Origin: Neodothiora populina
Taxonomy: Eukaryota
Assembly: GCF_041146345.1 (NCBI RefSeq)
Contig: NW_027191402.1
Coordinates: forward strand, 434,001-498,000
Direction of reading: 5' to 3'
Length of the DNA stretch: 64,000 bases
The notes beneath the pieces are model-generated. The model did no database searches. It had not been told where the DNA came from and saw nothing but the letters and a program-made list of their open reading frames with translations. Each line of letters opens with the position of its first letter. The first letter of the stretch is position 1. Made by a program: the position numbers and the translations under genes. Positions 1 to 11,523 of the stretch are shown here, piece after piece.

Positions 1-276
1 CCAATACGATGACATTCTCGGCCGCTTCCCCAAGAAGAACTGGCACAGCTTCGTAAATTCGGAGAACCAGAGATTCGTGAGCAACGATGCCATAGACTTT
101 CTAGATAAGCTCCTCCGCTACGACCACCAGGTAAGCCCGCGACTGCAAAAGATTCCAGCTTCCGATGGCTAACATAATTTCAGGAGCGTCTGACCGCAAA
201 GGAGGCCATGGCACACCCGTACTTTGCGCCTGTACGCCAGGCAGCTGCACAACAAACAGACGCAGCGCATACCTAA
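1..276 (+). CDS. CKA1: Casein kinase II catalytic (alpha) subunit, 3' end only
   Basis: Translation from nt 2: [43 protein letters not shown], intron 131-183 (GTAAGC..GCTAAC..CAG), then [14 protein letters not shown]..., stop TAA 274-276. [23 protein letters not shown] is the typical CK2 alpha C-terminal motif. Confidence 0.93.
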
Positions 277-703
277 AAGCCAGCAGATGATTGAGCCGAA
301 GGTGGGCAGGCAAGGTGTCTCGACGCGGCTTTGTCGTCATGATGAACACGATGGACATGATGATGGCTTGGTTGGGCCACACGCAGAGGAGCTGTCAAAC
401 GGGAGACAAGGAAAGGTGGTTGTAATTGCACTTGGCACAGATGACTGGTCTCATACCGCATAACATCACGGAACAAGCGACGGCGTACGGGGGTTTGACA
501 GGTACAGTAGGGTAGAGCTCCTTCAGCCTGGAGATGGATTTGCTGCCGGGCTGGACGAAGAGCTGTAGATATCCAATTAACCTTTTTACATGTTTTCTTT
601 TCTGTTACGACGACAACAACTCCTGTGAGCGCATCAAGTATACAGTAATTCGTAACGACGATGGCGCAATAGCGTGTACCCCTCTCACATGGACATGACA
701 ACA

Positions 704-743
704 CGAGTCAAAAGTGAGAATGAGTCAAATCGAATATGAGTCA
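704..743. promoter_or_regulatory. Cluster of Gcn4/CpcA (cross-pathway control)-type elements upstream of ValRS
   Basis: CGAGTCA 704-710, TGAGTCA 721-727 and TGAGTCA 737-743 (consensus TGASTCA), about 300 nt upstream of the ValRS ATG. Confidence 0.7.
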
Positions 744-1035
744 AAACGCAGAATTGCGGGCAGGTCCATAAAATTCAGGGTCCGGGTTTGGAATATTCCA
801 AGTCTCGCAGTCAAGTGCATGACCCATCTTTATCTTCTTTGCGACCAAGCATTATTCCACCGACGCCACTCTCTACAGGCGTTTGACAAGATCCAATCCC
901 AAACAGCTTGTCGCATAGAGCAGCGTGACAAGTCTCAAAATTCTGTCGCGAGCGCTTCACAGGAGCGCATCGGTGCTAAGACGATCACCCGGGATACTTG
1001 GCTTTCACCAGCGTCGGCCTCTGACCTCCAGCAAG

Positions 1036-4000
1036 ATGGCGCTTAACGCAGCCTCCCACAACCCTAGTATGTTCGATCCGATGGCATGAGAAGGGGGAGA
1101 AAGAGGAGGATATAGAGAAATGATGGAGGAGTTGTGCAGAGCTGGGCTGACCGGTACTCATCTGCAGCGGGCGAGAAGACCGGCCCTGTCACCGGACAAG
1201 CACCCCCAGTGTCGTCTGAAGCAGCACAAGACATCCTCGCCGCCTCCGAGAAGGATCCCAAGGGCACTAATGTGCCTGGCCAAGCCGGCGGAGAAGGCAG
1301 TGAGGCCCCGAAGAAGGCCAAGAGCGAGAAAGAGCGTACGTCAACCTATCCGCTTCGAACAGTCATACGCTGGGCACCACCTCGAACGCAGCGCCATCGC
1401 TTGCTTGATGCTCGGCGCTGGTCAGATCTAGAGCTCTGACTGACATTGAACCCTTCACAGTGGCAAAGGAACGTGCCAAAGCCGAGAAAGCCGCCAAATT
1501 CGCCGCCAAGCAGGCAAAGCAACAGGGCAGCGCTGCCGCCGCTTCAACCAAGACCAAGGAGAAGAAGCCCAAGGAGAAGGAGGAGGTCTTGCCCCCATAC
1601 GCTGAAGAGACGCCCCCAGGAGAGAAGAAGAGTAAGATTGGCACTTGTGGAGCGGAGATGCTTGGACTGATCACTCCTTACAGTTCTCAAACCTTTGGAC
1701 GATGCCTACCACAAGGCCTACATTCCCTCCGTCGTCGAGTCCGCCTGGTACGACTGGTGGGAGAAGGAGAAGTTCCACGAGCCCGAGTTTGACGCGGATG
1801 GCAACGTCAAGGCCAAGGGTTACTTTGTCATCTCCGAGCCTCCACCAAACGTTACTGGCGCCCTTCACTGCGGTCACGCTCTCGCCACATCTCTCCAGGA
1901 CACCCTCATCCGCTGGAATCGCATGAGAGGCTTGACCACTCTTTATCTGCCTGGATGCGATCACGCTGGTATTTCCACACAGAGCGTCGTGGAGAACATG
2001 CTCTGGAGAAGACAGGGAAAGACGAGACACGACCTTGGCCGTGAGAAGTTCACGCAGACCGTGTGGGACTGGAAGAACGAATACCACTCCAAGATCAACA
2101 AGGTCTTGAGGAGAATGGGAGGTTCATTCGACTGGACTCGTGAGGCTTTCACCATGGATGCCAACCTGTCCGCTGCCGTGAGCGAGACCTTTGTCCGTCT
2201 GCACGAGGAGGGCTACATCTACCGATCGAACCGTCTTGTGAACTGGTGCACCAAGCTGAACACCGCGCTCTCGAACCTTGAGGTCGACAACAAGGAGCTC
2301 GAAGGTCGCACTATGCTCGACGTCCCCGGATACGATCGAAAGATCGAGTTCGGTGTCATCACTCACTTCAAGTACCCTATCGAGGGCTCGGACGAGACCA
2401 TCGAGGTGGCCACCACCCGTATCGAGACCATGTTCGGTGATACTGGTATCGCAGTCCACCCTGACGACAAGCGCTACACGCATCTCATTGGAAAGAAGGC
2501 GAAGCACCCCTTTGTCGATCGTCTCTTGCCCATCTTCGCAGACGAGTACGTCGACCCGGAGTTCGGAACCGGTGCCGTAAAGATCACCCCTGCCCACGAC
2601 CCTAACGATTTCAACCTCGGTACCAAGCACAAGCTTGAGTTCATCAACGTGCTCAACGACAACGGCACAATGAACAAGAACGCCGGTGCCTTTGAGGGAC
2701 AGAAGCGATTCGAGGCTCGTTACACCGTTACCGAAGAGCTCACCAAGCTCGGCCTCTTCGTCAAGAAGGAGAACAACCCCATGAAGGTCCCGCTCTGCTC
2801 CAAGTCCAAGGATGTCATCGAGCCCATCATGAAGCCCCAATGGTGGATGCGCATGTCGGAGCTTGCACAGACGAGTATTGATGCTGTGCAGAACGGCGAG
2901 ATCAAAATCCGCCCCGAAGGCGCCGAACGAAACTTCTACCACTGGATGCGTAACATCAACGACTGGTGCTTGTCACGTCAGCTATGGTGGGGTCACCAGA
3001 TCCCCGCCTACTTCATCAAGATCGAAGGCGAGTCGAACGAAGACGACGATCAGCGATGGGTCACAGGCAGAACCGAGGAGGAGGCCAAATCCAAGGCCGA
3101 GAAGAAGTACCCTGGCCAAAAGATTGAGCTCGTCCGCGACCCTGACTGTCTGGACACCTGGTTCTCTTCTGGACTGTGGCCTTTCTCCACTCTGGGATGG
3201 CCTAACCAGACCCACGACCTGGAGAAGCTGTACCCAACCTCTGTGTTGGAGACCGGCTGGGATATTTTGTTCTTCTGGGTCGCAAGAATGATCATGATGG
3301 GTCTCAAGCTCACTGGCAAGGTTCCCTTCACTGAAGTGTACTGCCATTCGCTCATCCGTGACTCCGAGGGAAGGAAAATGTCCAAGTCTTTGGGTAACGT
3401 TATCGACCCCGTGGATATCATGGACGGAATCACGTTACAAGAATTGCACGACAAGCTACTGGCCGGTAACCTTGACCCCAAGGAAGTCAAGACTGCCACC
3501 AAGTACCAGAAGGACTCGTTCCCTCAAGGTATCCCAGAGTGCGGAGCTGACGCTCTTCGTTTCTCTCTTGTTCAGTACACCACCGGTGGCGGCGACATTG
3601 CTTTCGATGTCAGAGTCATGGCAGGCTACCGCCGTTTCTGTAACAAGATCTACCAGGCGACCAAGTACGTTCTGGGCAACCTGCCCAAAGACTTTGTCCC
3701 TCAGGCAAAGGGTGGCAAGACTGGCAAGGAATCGCTGGCCGAGCGCTGGATCTTGCACAAGTTCACCATCACTGCCAAGGAGATGAACGAGGCTCTTGTC
3801 GCCCGCGAGTTCTCGCGCTCCACTCAATTCGCTTACCAGTACTGGTACGACAACCTCTGCGATGTCTACATCGAGAACAGCAAGGCCATCATCAGAGACG
3901 GAACCGAGGAGGAGAAGAGGAGTGCGATTGATACCCTCTACACGGCGCTCGAGGGTGCTCTGTGCCTCATCCACCCCTTCATGCCTTTCCTTACCGAGGA

Positions 4001-4655
4001 GCTGTGGCAACGTCTTCCCCGACGCCCCAACGACAAGACCAGATCTATTGTCGTTGCCGAGTATCCCGAATACGACGCCAACCTGGACGACGCGAACAGC
4101 GCTGCCGCCTACGAGCTTCTGCTTGGATGCTCCAAGGGTGTGCGTAGTCTCATGTCCGAGTATGCGATCAAGGACGAGGGCAAAGGTAAGCAACACGCAA
4201 CCCCACTTCCTATTTCTTGCACGATAAGAACTGACCCTCTTCTAGCATTCGTGCACTGCAGCGACGAGACATCATACAAGACCGCCTCCGCCGAGCAAGC
4301 GACCATCAAGTCCCTCTCAGGCAAAGCCCTCACGGGCCTGACTGTCCTATCACCAACCGACGCGCGCCCCACCGGCTGCGCAGTCTTCGCCGTCTCTGCA
4401 TCTGCAGCCGTGTTCCTCGAAGTCGCCGGCCGCGTGGATGTCGAAGCCGAGATCTCAAAGGCGCAGCAGAAGCTGCAGAAGGCGTCCGAGGGCGCCAAGA
4501 AGCAGCGCAAGATCCTCGACGCGGAGGGCTTCGCCGACAAGGTCAGCTACCAGGTTCTCGAGACCGAAAAGACGAAGTTGGATGACCTGTTGGCTGAGCA
4601 GAAGAACTACGAGGAGAGTATTGCGCAGTTTGAGCAGCTCAAGTTGAGCAAGTAG
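1036..4655 (+). CDS. VAS1: Valyl-tRNA synthetase (cytosolic AUG form; possible GTG-initiated mitochondrial form from 925)
   Basis: [13 protein letters not shown] (HIGH-like), [25 protein letters not shown] and KMSKS motifs. ATG 1036; introns 1067-1167, 1336-1460, 1632-1683, 4186-4245; stop 4653-4655. Confidence 0.96.
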
Positions 4656-6590
4656 AGAAAGGAAAAGGAGGGTAGCTAGCCAGTAAAGTTAGGCAAACGA
4701 TAGATGAATACCAAAAAATCGATTGAATCTCCAGCAGCGTCTCTGCGTCCCGTAGGATCCTGTTCAAAACAAGAGCTAATTAGGTAGCTCATTTGACGAA
4801 TCTCTGGACTAGAAGCACACGCATCGATTAGCATCGCGAAACAGTCAGCGTAAGGAACTCATAGTTACTAAAGTCAGTCGCAGCCAGACACTAATTATAC
4901 AGAAGCGAATCTTGTCTGTCTCGACGGAACAAATCATGCGAAATCGCCAGCCTCGAATCGCACGTGTCGCTATCTAAGAGAACGGGACTAGGTCTAGCCT
5001 CTTCGAGTTAGATCTATAACCCTGCGATCATCTTGCAGATGCAATACGTAGTCGCTCTGAAGCACGTGCAGACCACTCTTTCTCTTCTTGCTGTCTGTGA
5101 CGGGGCCGCATGAGGTAAAGCTACAACATGAAAGTCGTTGTGCTGTTTAGTACCCAGTCATCGCTCTCTACGTCCGTGGTAGCTGAAAGTCGAGGACGGA
5201 TGTGTTGGAATCGTCAACTTTGACGCCGATTACTGACTCTCTCAGCATTGTATGGGCCATGGACTGTAAATTCTCGCGAAGAATTATTGAGACGAGTAGA
5301 CTCTTCATCAGACGGATGCTGTGCCAGCCATCGATCTCATCTTATCGACCAGGACCGGAGTCGCTATCTCTAGGCAGACGCGAGTGCAAGCCAACACTAA
5401 ATGCACCATCAAGCTGATATCGTTCCTTCTTCTTGCCCTCAGGCTGTCCGAAAGGTCTTTTAGATCTTTGAAAGTCATTTGACCTCAGTGGACCGAGACC
5501 AAGTTAATAAGTAACACGTAACCATATCCATTCCCATGCTCGACAGCCGTTCCGGATACTGAAGCCTCGACGCGTTCGAGTCGAAATGCCATGAGACATA
5601 GCCTCTCTCAGTTGGACACAAGCTAATTACCTGATCTGATACTGCGCGTTATAGCCCATCAAGCGAGACTGAACCATGTGCGTCCCATCCGACACTCCTC
5701 GCGCACAGCAAGCAAACCTTTTGGTCCATCTCATGTATCACTCATCACTTCCAGTCAATATATCTCTCTACCACGAACCTAGTCTAGTCGACCTAAGCGA
5801 CCTAGCATACCCTGCTTTTACGCGCGCCTTGCGTCGGTCCTGTCTTGAGGAAATATACCTCAATGACTTCATCACTCGAGTACCCACCCCTCGCGAGGGA
5901 GTCTCTTCCGGTGCCCGAGTTGTCTACCTAGGTAGATAAGGTACTCATGGAAGGAAATATAGTGAAACTATCTCTCTGAATTGCTGCAGCGCTGTCTGGA
6001 TGGTTCTATTTGAGTCCCAAATTCTTGAAAGCCCAAGTCAAGGTAGTGATTCACGTATGTTTCGCTCTTCTCCCATCTCTCATGAGAACAATGTCCCTGT
6101 GTCCGTGTCTATGCAAGATCTTGAACAGGAAGGAAACATTATTGCCAATAATTACTATTTGCATATGCGGTCGCGTTATACGAGGGCACTATTCAGACCA
6201 CCTGACGGGGTAGGCAGGCAGCTTTGGTCTGGATTGTAGGACATATACACGATGAGAAGGCGGCAGGACGTCGTTAAATGCAAGTTAAGACAACGTAGTT
6301 TGTTCGGCTTGTTATTTTCTTTTTTGTTTGATGATATGTCACAGCAAACACACGCTGGTGTTGTGCTCTGTCTTAATTCTCTGCCTCTAAAGCAATGATA
6401 ATAGTCTTCTTTGTCTGGGAAGTAGGCAAGGCGACGCCAGAGCTGACTGGTCAGTCGACTGACGGAACCTCGAACCCATAGGAAGAAGAAGAAACAGTCT
6501 TGCATCGGTTCGCCGCACCCATATTTGGTATCTCGCAGGAAACGCCGCAACAATGAATGGTCGGATAGATAAGAAATACAGCGACCAGGA

Positions 6591-7626
6591 TCAGGAAAAC
6601 TTCCACCTGTTGCCGCATACGGTGCACTCGCAGAACGTGGTCATAGGTTCATCGGCAGAGCGTGTCTGGGCCTGGCTGTAGCTGACCTTCTTCTGTCCAC
6701 ACTTTCCGCAGGTCAGACTTGCGCTGATACTTCTCTCCGCTTGCGCGACCATAGCCTTGTCCATGTTCTCCTTGTGCAATCTCTCATCCTCGGCGCGTTG
6801 CTTGTCGCTCTTCAATTCTTCGTGGGTCATGGTAACAAAGCGAGAGGGCGCGATGGTGCCGACTAGGACTTGATGGCGAAGGTTTGGGTTGTTCTTGTTT
6901 TTCAGGTTCTGGAACAAGGAGCGGATGCGGGTTCTGTATTCAGGACTACCCTCGGGTTGGTATGCGTTGAAGGCGGCAAGTTCAACGGAGCGAGCGACGA
7001 CAAGAATGTCGTCCGAAGCTAAGCCAAAAAGTCAGCGATTTGTTTGACATCAGCGAAATAAATGCGCGAGGCCAGAGCCAGATGATTTAGATGTATACAG
7101 GACTGGAGTTTGTCCCGAGACAACGCGCATAACAGAGCGAGAGATAGTACATACGCTCAGAGGACATGAAAGCGAGGCCATCATACATGAGCTTGACGCA
7201 AGCATCCCGTGTCGCGCTACCGGTGACCTTCCAATCGACCTTGTCCGTTATCGTGTTTCGCTTCTCCAGATCTCCCTGGTGAGGCGCCTTGGTCTTCTGT
7301 GCTTGCTGACTCGGAGCAGGAGAAGCAGCGGCACTGTTGGTGGATTTGGCAGGCGCAGGTGAACTGGTCGCACTGTTGGCGGGCGCTTTTTTCACATCCG
7401 TCTTCCATTTGTTGACCAGACTGCTAGCCTGTCGAGCGACGGCAGCATCCGGGTTCTGCCTCAGTTTGTTGACGTGCACTCCTATCTTAGTCTGGCGCAA
7501 CACCTTCTCCGTCGCAGTCCATCCTTTGAGTCCCTCTAGCATTTGCAGGATTGTTGCTGGCGGGTCGCCTCCGGTTGCTGCCTTGGCGAGCTGCTTTGCC
7601 CGCTCCTCTACATCTTTCGGCTCCAT
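6591..7626 (-). CDS. DST1: Transcription elongation factor TFIIS
   Basis: N-terminal domain (LRQTKIGVHVNKLR) and C-terminal Zn ribbon CGKC..QAQTRSADEPMTTFCECTVCGNRWKFS. Intron about 7019-7154. Confidence 0.95.
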
Positions 7627-8214
7627 CTTCCTGGGTGGTATAGTATCTTAGGCGACAGTGATGGGTGAAAGGTTATCCTGCGCGCAGCTTCGGATGACGT
7701 GTGGTGTCACGCTCGGCTGACAGTGAATGTCTTGGGATGCCGCTTCCGTATACGACGGGCTAGCTTTTGTTCAGATCCTCATCAAGCGGGACGAGTGAAT
7801 TGAGGCGGCTATGAACTTGAGACGCGAAGATGGAGTTGAATGTGCTGTCGTTGTAGTGAGACTGAAAGAAAGGGAATAAGAGAGAGCGAGCGTGAACAAG
7901 GCAAGTAAAGTATGCTCACATGCGATTCGGTGCCTTCCCGTTGTGAGGCACTTGTGTTGCTGCATAAGGTATTCACGACCCTGTTTCTGGCTTGGCATCT
8001 CCATGCATGCGGGGAGACTGCAGTAGTGTCTCGGGTACCATTTATTGTATCATTACTGTCAGTCTTGTGAACAACCGTAAGATGTCAAGTGGTGCAATAG
8101 CAGCAGTCATTAGCTATTCGACATTGGGTCGTGCATGTATACCTAGCAGCTACCACCAGTATCCCATGGAAAAGGCAGCAAGCAGCAACACCTGTAGAAA
8201 CACCAAGCAACCTC

Positions 8215-8850
8215 TTACCCTTGCCAATCATATACAAGTTTGATGCGATGCTCCTCCTTTCCCTTCTTCGCAAATACATGCCTGACATATCTTCTTTCAC
8301 CACCGATGACTTCAAAGCCCCACGTCTGATCTGCAGTCCATGTCGAGCTGAGACTCTCCGTATAACTCTCGACCAATTCATTTCCGCCATCATCCAAGAA
8401 CTTCTGGTCCCAGCCTTGCTTGAGATACGGTTCGTCAATGTCTTCGACCTTGATGAATCGCGATCTGCCCTTGACATGCCCAAAGACTCGATCTGTCTTT
8501 TCCTGAAACGCCCAGTCCAGCATGCGTTCTTCCAGGTTGCTCGACCCTGCGCTCGCCACTTGTTCGATGTCGATGTGGGTTTTGTCTTGGTCGTCCACAT
8601 ACTCTTTGACATGCAGTGTAATTGTAGAGTATTTTATTGCCTGGCGGACCAGCCAGCTCACCCCTTGCATAGCGAGCACGGAATCAGAGGAGTCAGATAG
8701 GCTTTTGTTCTTTGGACATGATTAGTAGTCTACCTGCACTGCGGGCTACGCGGAATATAGGCAGATAGTGATCGGGATGCAGTATTAGGAACATACGAGC
8801 ACAAATGTTCCTCCCAGGTTATGCAATGTGACTTTATCTGGAGCCGCCAT
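8215..8850 (-). CDS. Conserved fungal protein (family often annotated 'LCCL domain-containing'; function unknown)
   Basis: Exon 1 MAAPDKVTLHNLGGTFVL (donor GTATGT), then NKSLSDSSDSVLAMQGVSWLVRQAI...WTADQTWGFEVIGGERRYVRHV...KLVYDWQG. Family recalled from these motifs. Confidence 0.72.
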
Positions 8851-9696
8851 TTTGGGTGTATCGATAGCAGCCACGAAGTAGGCAAGGTAGTTGTATCGAA
8901 CACAGAAGAATGTCGGCCTTAAAGAAATATTGCTCTTGCGTTCGAATGAACCAGAGTACTTGATCGTATATTTGGGCCGATTGGCAAGAGGTAAGCAACT
9001 AGGAATGCATACACGTGAGTAAGCATAGGCTTGATATCAGGTGGTCGGCGAATCTATTTATCTAAGGTATCTAAGCTGCGCCCCGCACCGAGGCACTAGG
9101 TTGTAGATCCGTAGGTCGGCGTCTCACCCACATGGTCTAGTCCTTGCGTTCGTCGTCCCTGTTTATAGGTACTCCCTCGCACTCGATTCTTGACAGTATT
9201 ACGAGACATCTGTTATCCTCTGATAGCGCCATTGCTCTACCATCAACTGACCTGTGCAAAACAACTTCTGAGCCTATAAGTCAGTCAGTGGACTTGAACG
9301 CCTCATATTTGGTGAAACCTGGCAAACCAAGGTAATACAAAAGGTAACGTGCTCGCACAAGGCAGGTTCAGAGAGAAGATTAAAGTCTACAGAGGCTCGA
9401 TGAGGGTGCGACAACAGGTTGAGTGCCTTTGCAGGCCAGAACACAGCGCGCACCAAATGGCTCCGACCGAGCCTTCGGTCTAAGGATGATGTCTCATCAC
9501 AATAGGGGCACGGGGTGAAAGGCAGTGTAGCGACTGATATACGTACAGAATGATGTTGGTGACATGAGCTCTGTGCGTTACTTAATTCGAACCGTAAGTA
9601 ACGTTGCAGGTGTGCGATATGACGAGTATGCTCTTGTGGAGCATAGTTGAAGCATCCTTCACGTTGACATGCAAGGCCTTACTTTCAATCATGCCT

Positions 9697-10357
9697 TCAG
9701 ACATTGGTTGTAGTAGTGGCATTCTGACCAAGGGTTGGCCATTGAAAAGGTCGTTGCTTAGGTTTCGACGACAACGATTTCTTCGGTATCTGAACCTCGT
9801 CCTCTCCGTAGGCAAGGTCCACAGAATGATCTTGCAGCTCGTCCAACTCTCGAGCCATTCGGCGATGAGTCAGATTGCCGGGATTTTCTGTTGAATTGTC
9901 GATGAAGTGTTCCCACTTTCGCTTCGATTGCTCCGTCGACGCACTGTCGCTGGGGTTTCCACCCTTGTCGTAAGCAGCGGTGGCAGCTGGCCTGGTCCTC
10001 TCGTCTGTTTGCGCAGGGCGGTCCGGTTCCGAAGTCTCGGCAGCATCCTGAGCACGTCGTTTCTCCCTAAGAATGACTTGCACTTCGGTGTGTCTGAACA
10101 TGGCAATTTGATCGTCGGTCAGAGTGCGCTTCACTCCATCGGGATAGTAGCCGAGCCCGTCATCTTCTTCATATTCTTGTTCAAGTGTCACCGTGGGTGG
10201 TTTTGCAGCGCTACCGAAATGCAGCGAGTGGAAGCTTTGAAGATCATCCTCATTCAAGTGTCAGCATGGTCGCACATGATGCGGTGACAGTCGACTGACT
10301 GACTGTGGTGACAATTGGGACGGGGAACGCGAATGGTTGATCACCACCGCCGGCCAT
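9697..10357 (-). CDS. DUF3807-type conserved fungal protein
   Basis: Motif EEDDGLGYYPDGVKRTLTDDQIAMFRHTE. Exon 1 MAGGGDQPFAFPVPIVTT from ATG 10357; intron 10249-10303. Confidence 0.75.
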
Positions 10358-10703
10358 TCTGACAATGAAAGAAGTGTTTACAGCTCTAGTCACGTCTTGA
10401 AGTGATGAGGTGTAGCTTCCATATCCCGGATCATGACTGTCCCAAGAGGAAGGTTATATGTGAACACATTCATCTGAGCATCTTGAAGCACAATTGTGCA
10501 GCAGACCTGGACTTTATTGCACAACAACTCGCAGAGCCGCATGTCACATGAAGCGCGGAAGATCGCCGCAGTGATGTAAGGCTTGGCACCTGGTAGTCCC
10601 ATCTCTCCACGTGCGGGAACCATCTGCACGTTCACTGCCTGCCTACTACCTTATCTCTGTATCAATCATCTACCACTTTAGCAAACAGATCTGACGAGAA
10701 GCA

Positions 10704-11390
10704 ATGCAAATCCTCATAGCTCTTCTGCTGATAGTGACAACATCTGCGACCCAATTACCACCCTTTTCTCCAACCGCGCCACAAGACATCATGGGTGGAT
10801 CCGACTCGACGTTGACCATCGGAGACGTCATTGGCCTTGAGCGCAGCGTCAACATCTTCGCGGGTCTGACTCGTGAGTTCCCTTTCGCATAACAAGCATA
10901 ACCACAGCAAAGGGATACTGATGCGCACTCGAATCAGGCGACATCAACGCCGTCTCAGACCGCCTAGACAGCGCGTCAGACAACACGACTGTTCTTGCGC
11001 CGCTGGACTCGGCCATCACGAAACTGTCGACCAAGCCGTGGGAGGACGCATCGGATTATTCAGCACTTGGAGAGTCCGCTTACGAAGGAAAGTCTGGCGA
11101 GGATAGAGCACAGCGTAATCTGAGGCGGTTTGTTGAGGCTCATATTGTTCATGAGTCGCCGTGGACGGAGAAGCATAAGATACAGACGCTGGGAGGTAAT
11201 ACGATATGGTGGGAGAGGAAAGAAGGAAAGACATATGTGAGTTCCTGATTCCAAGGAGGTTGATATACTTACGACTTACTGAAACCTTGTCGCTTAGATA
11301 TACCCCGGAGCCATCGAGGTCACCAGCCAGTCGAAGAAAGCCGGTAATGGTGAAATATGGGTTGTCGATGGTGTCGTGAATGCCGCCTAG
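10704..11390 (+). CDS. Secreted FAS1 (fasciclin)-domain protein
   Basis: Signal peptide MQILIALLLIVTTSA; NTTVLAPLDSAI, KPWED, NLRRFVEAHIV and NGEIWVVDGVVN motifs; two GTGAGT introns; TAG 11388-11390. Confidence 0.8.
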
Positions 11391-11523
11391 TGCATCTTGA
11401 AATGACAGAGTACATGATAATATGACGACTTGCAACGAAGAATGGATCGAGCGGCGCTTTATTTACTTTTCCAAGACTCAAAATTGATATCAATATCTTC
11501 TGCCCAGGGCTTCATTTTCATAA

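Noticed and set aside
2124..4196. Long antisense ORFs over ValRS (also over HEM12, YDJ1, RPP0 and TRR1)
   Set aside because: These are expected shadows of strong codon bias in highly expressed genes and show no independent motifs.
9368..9383. CAGAGAGAAGATTA resembles the U6 ACAGAGA box
   Set aside because: The following AGCATGGCCCCTG internal stem-loop of U6 is absent.
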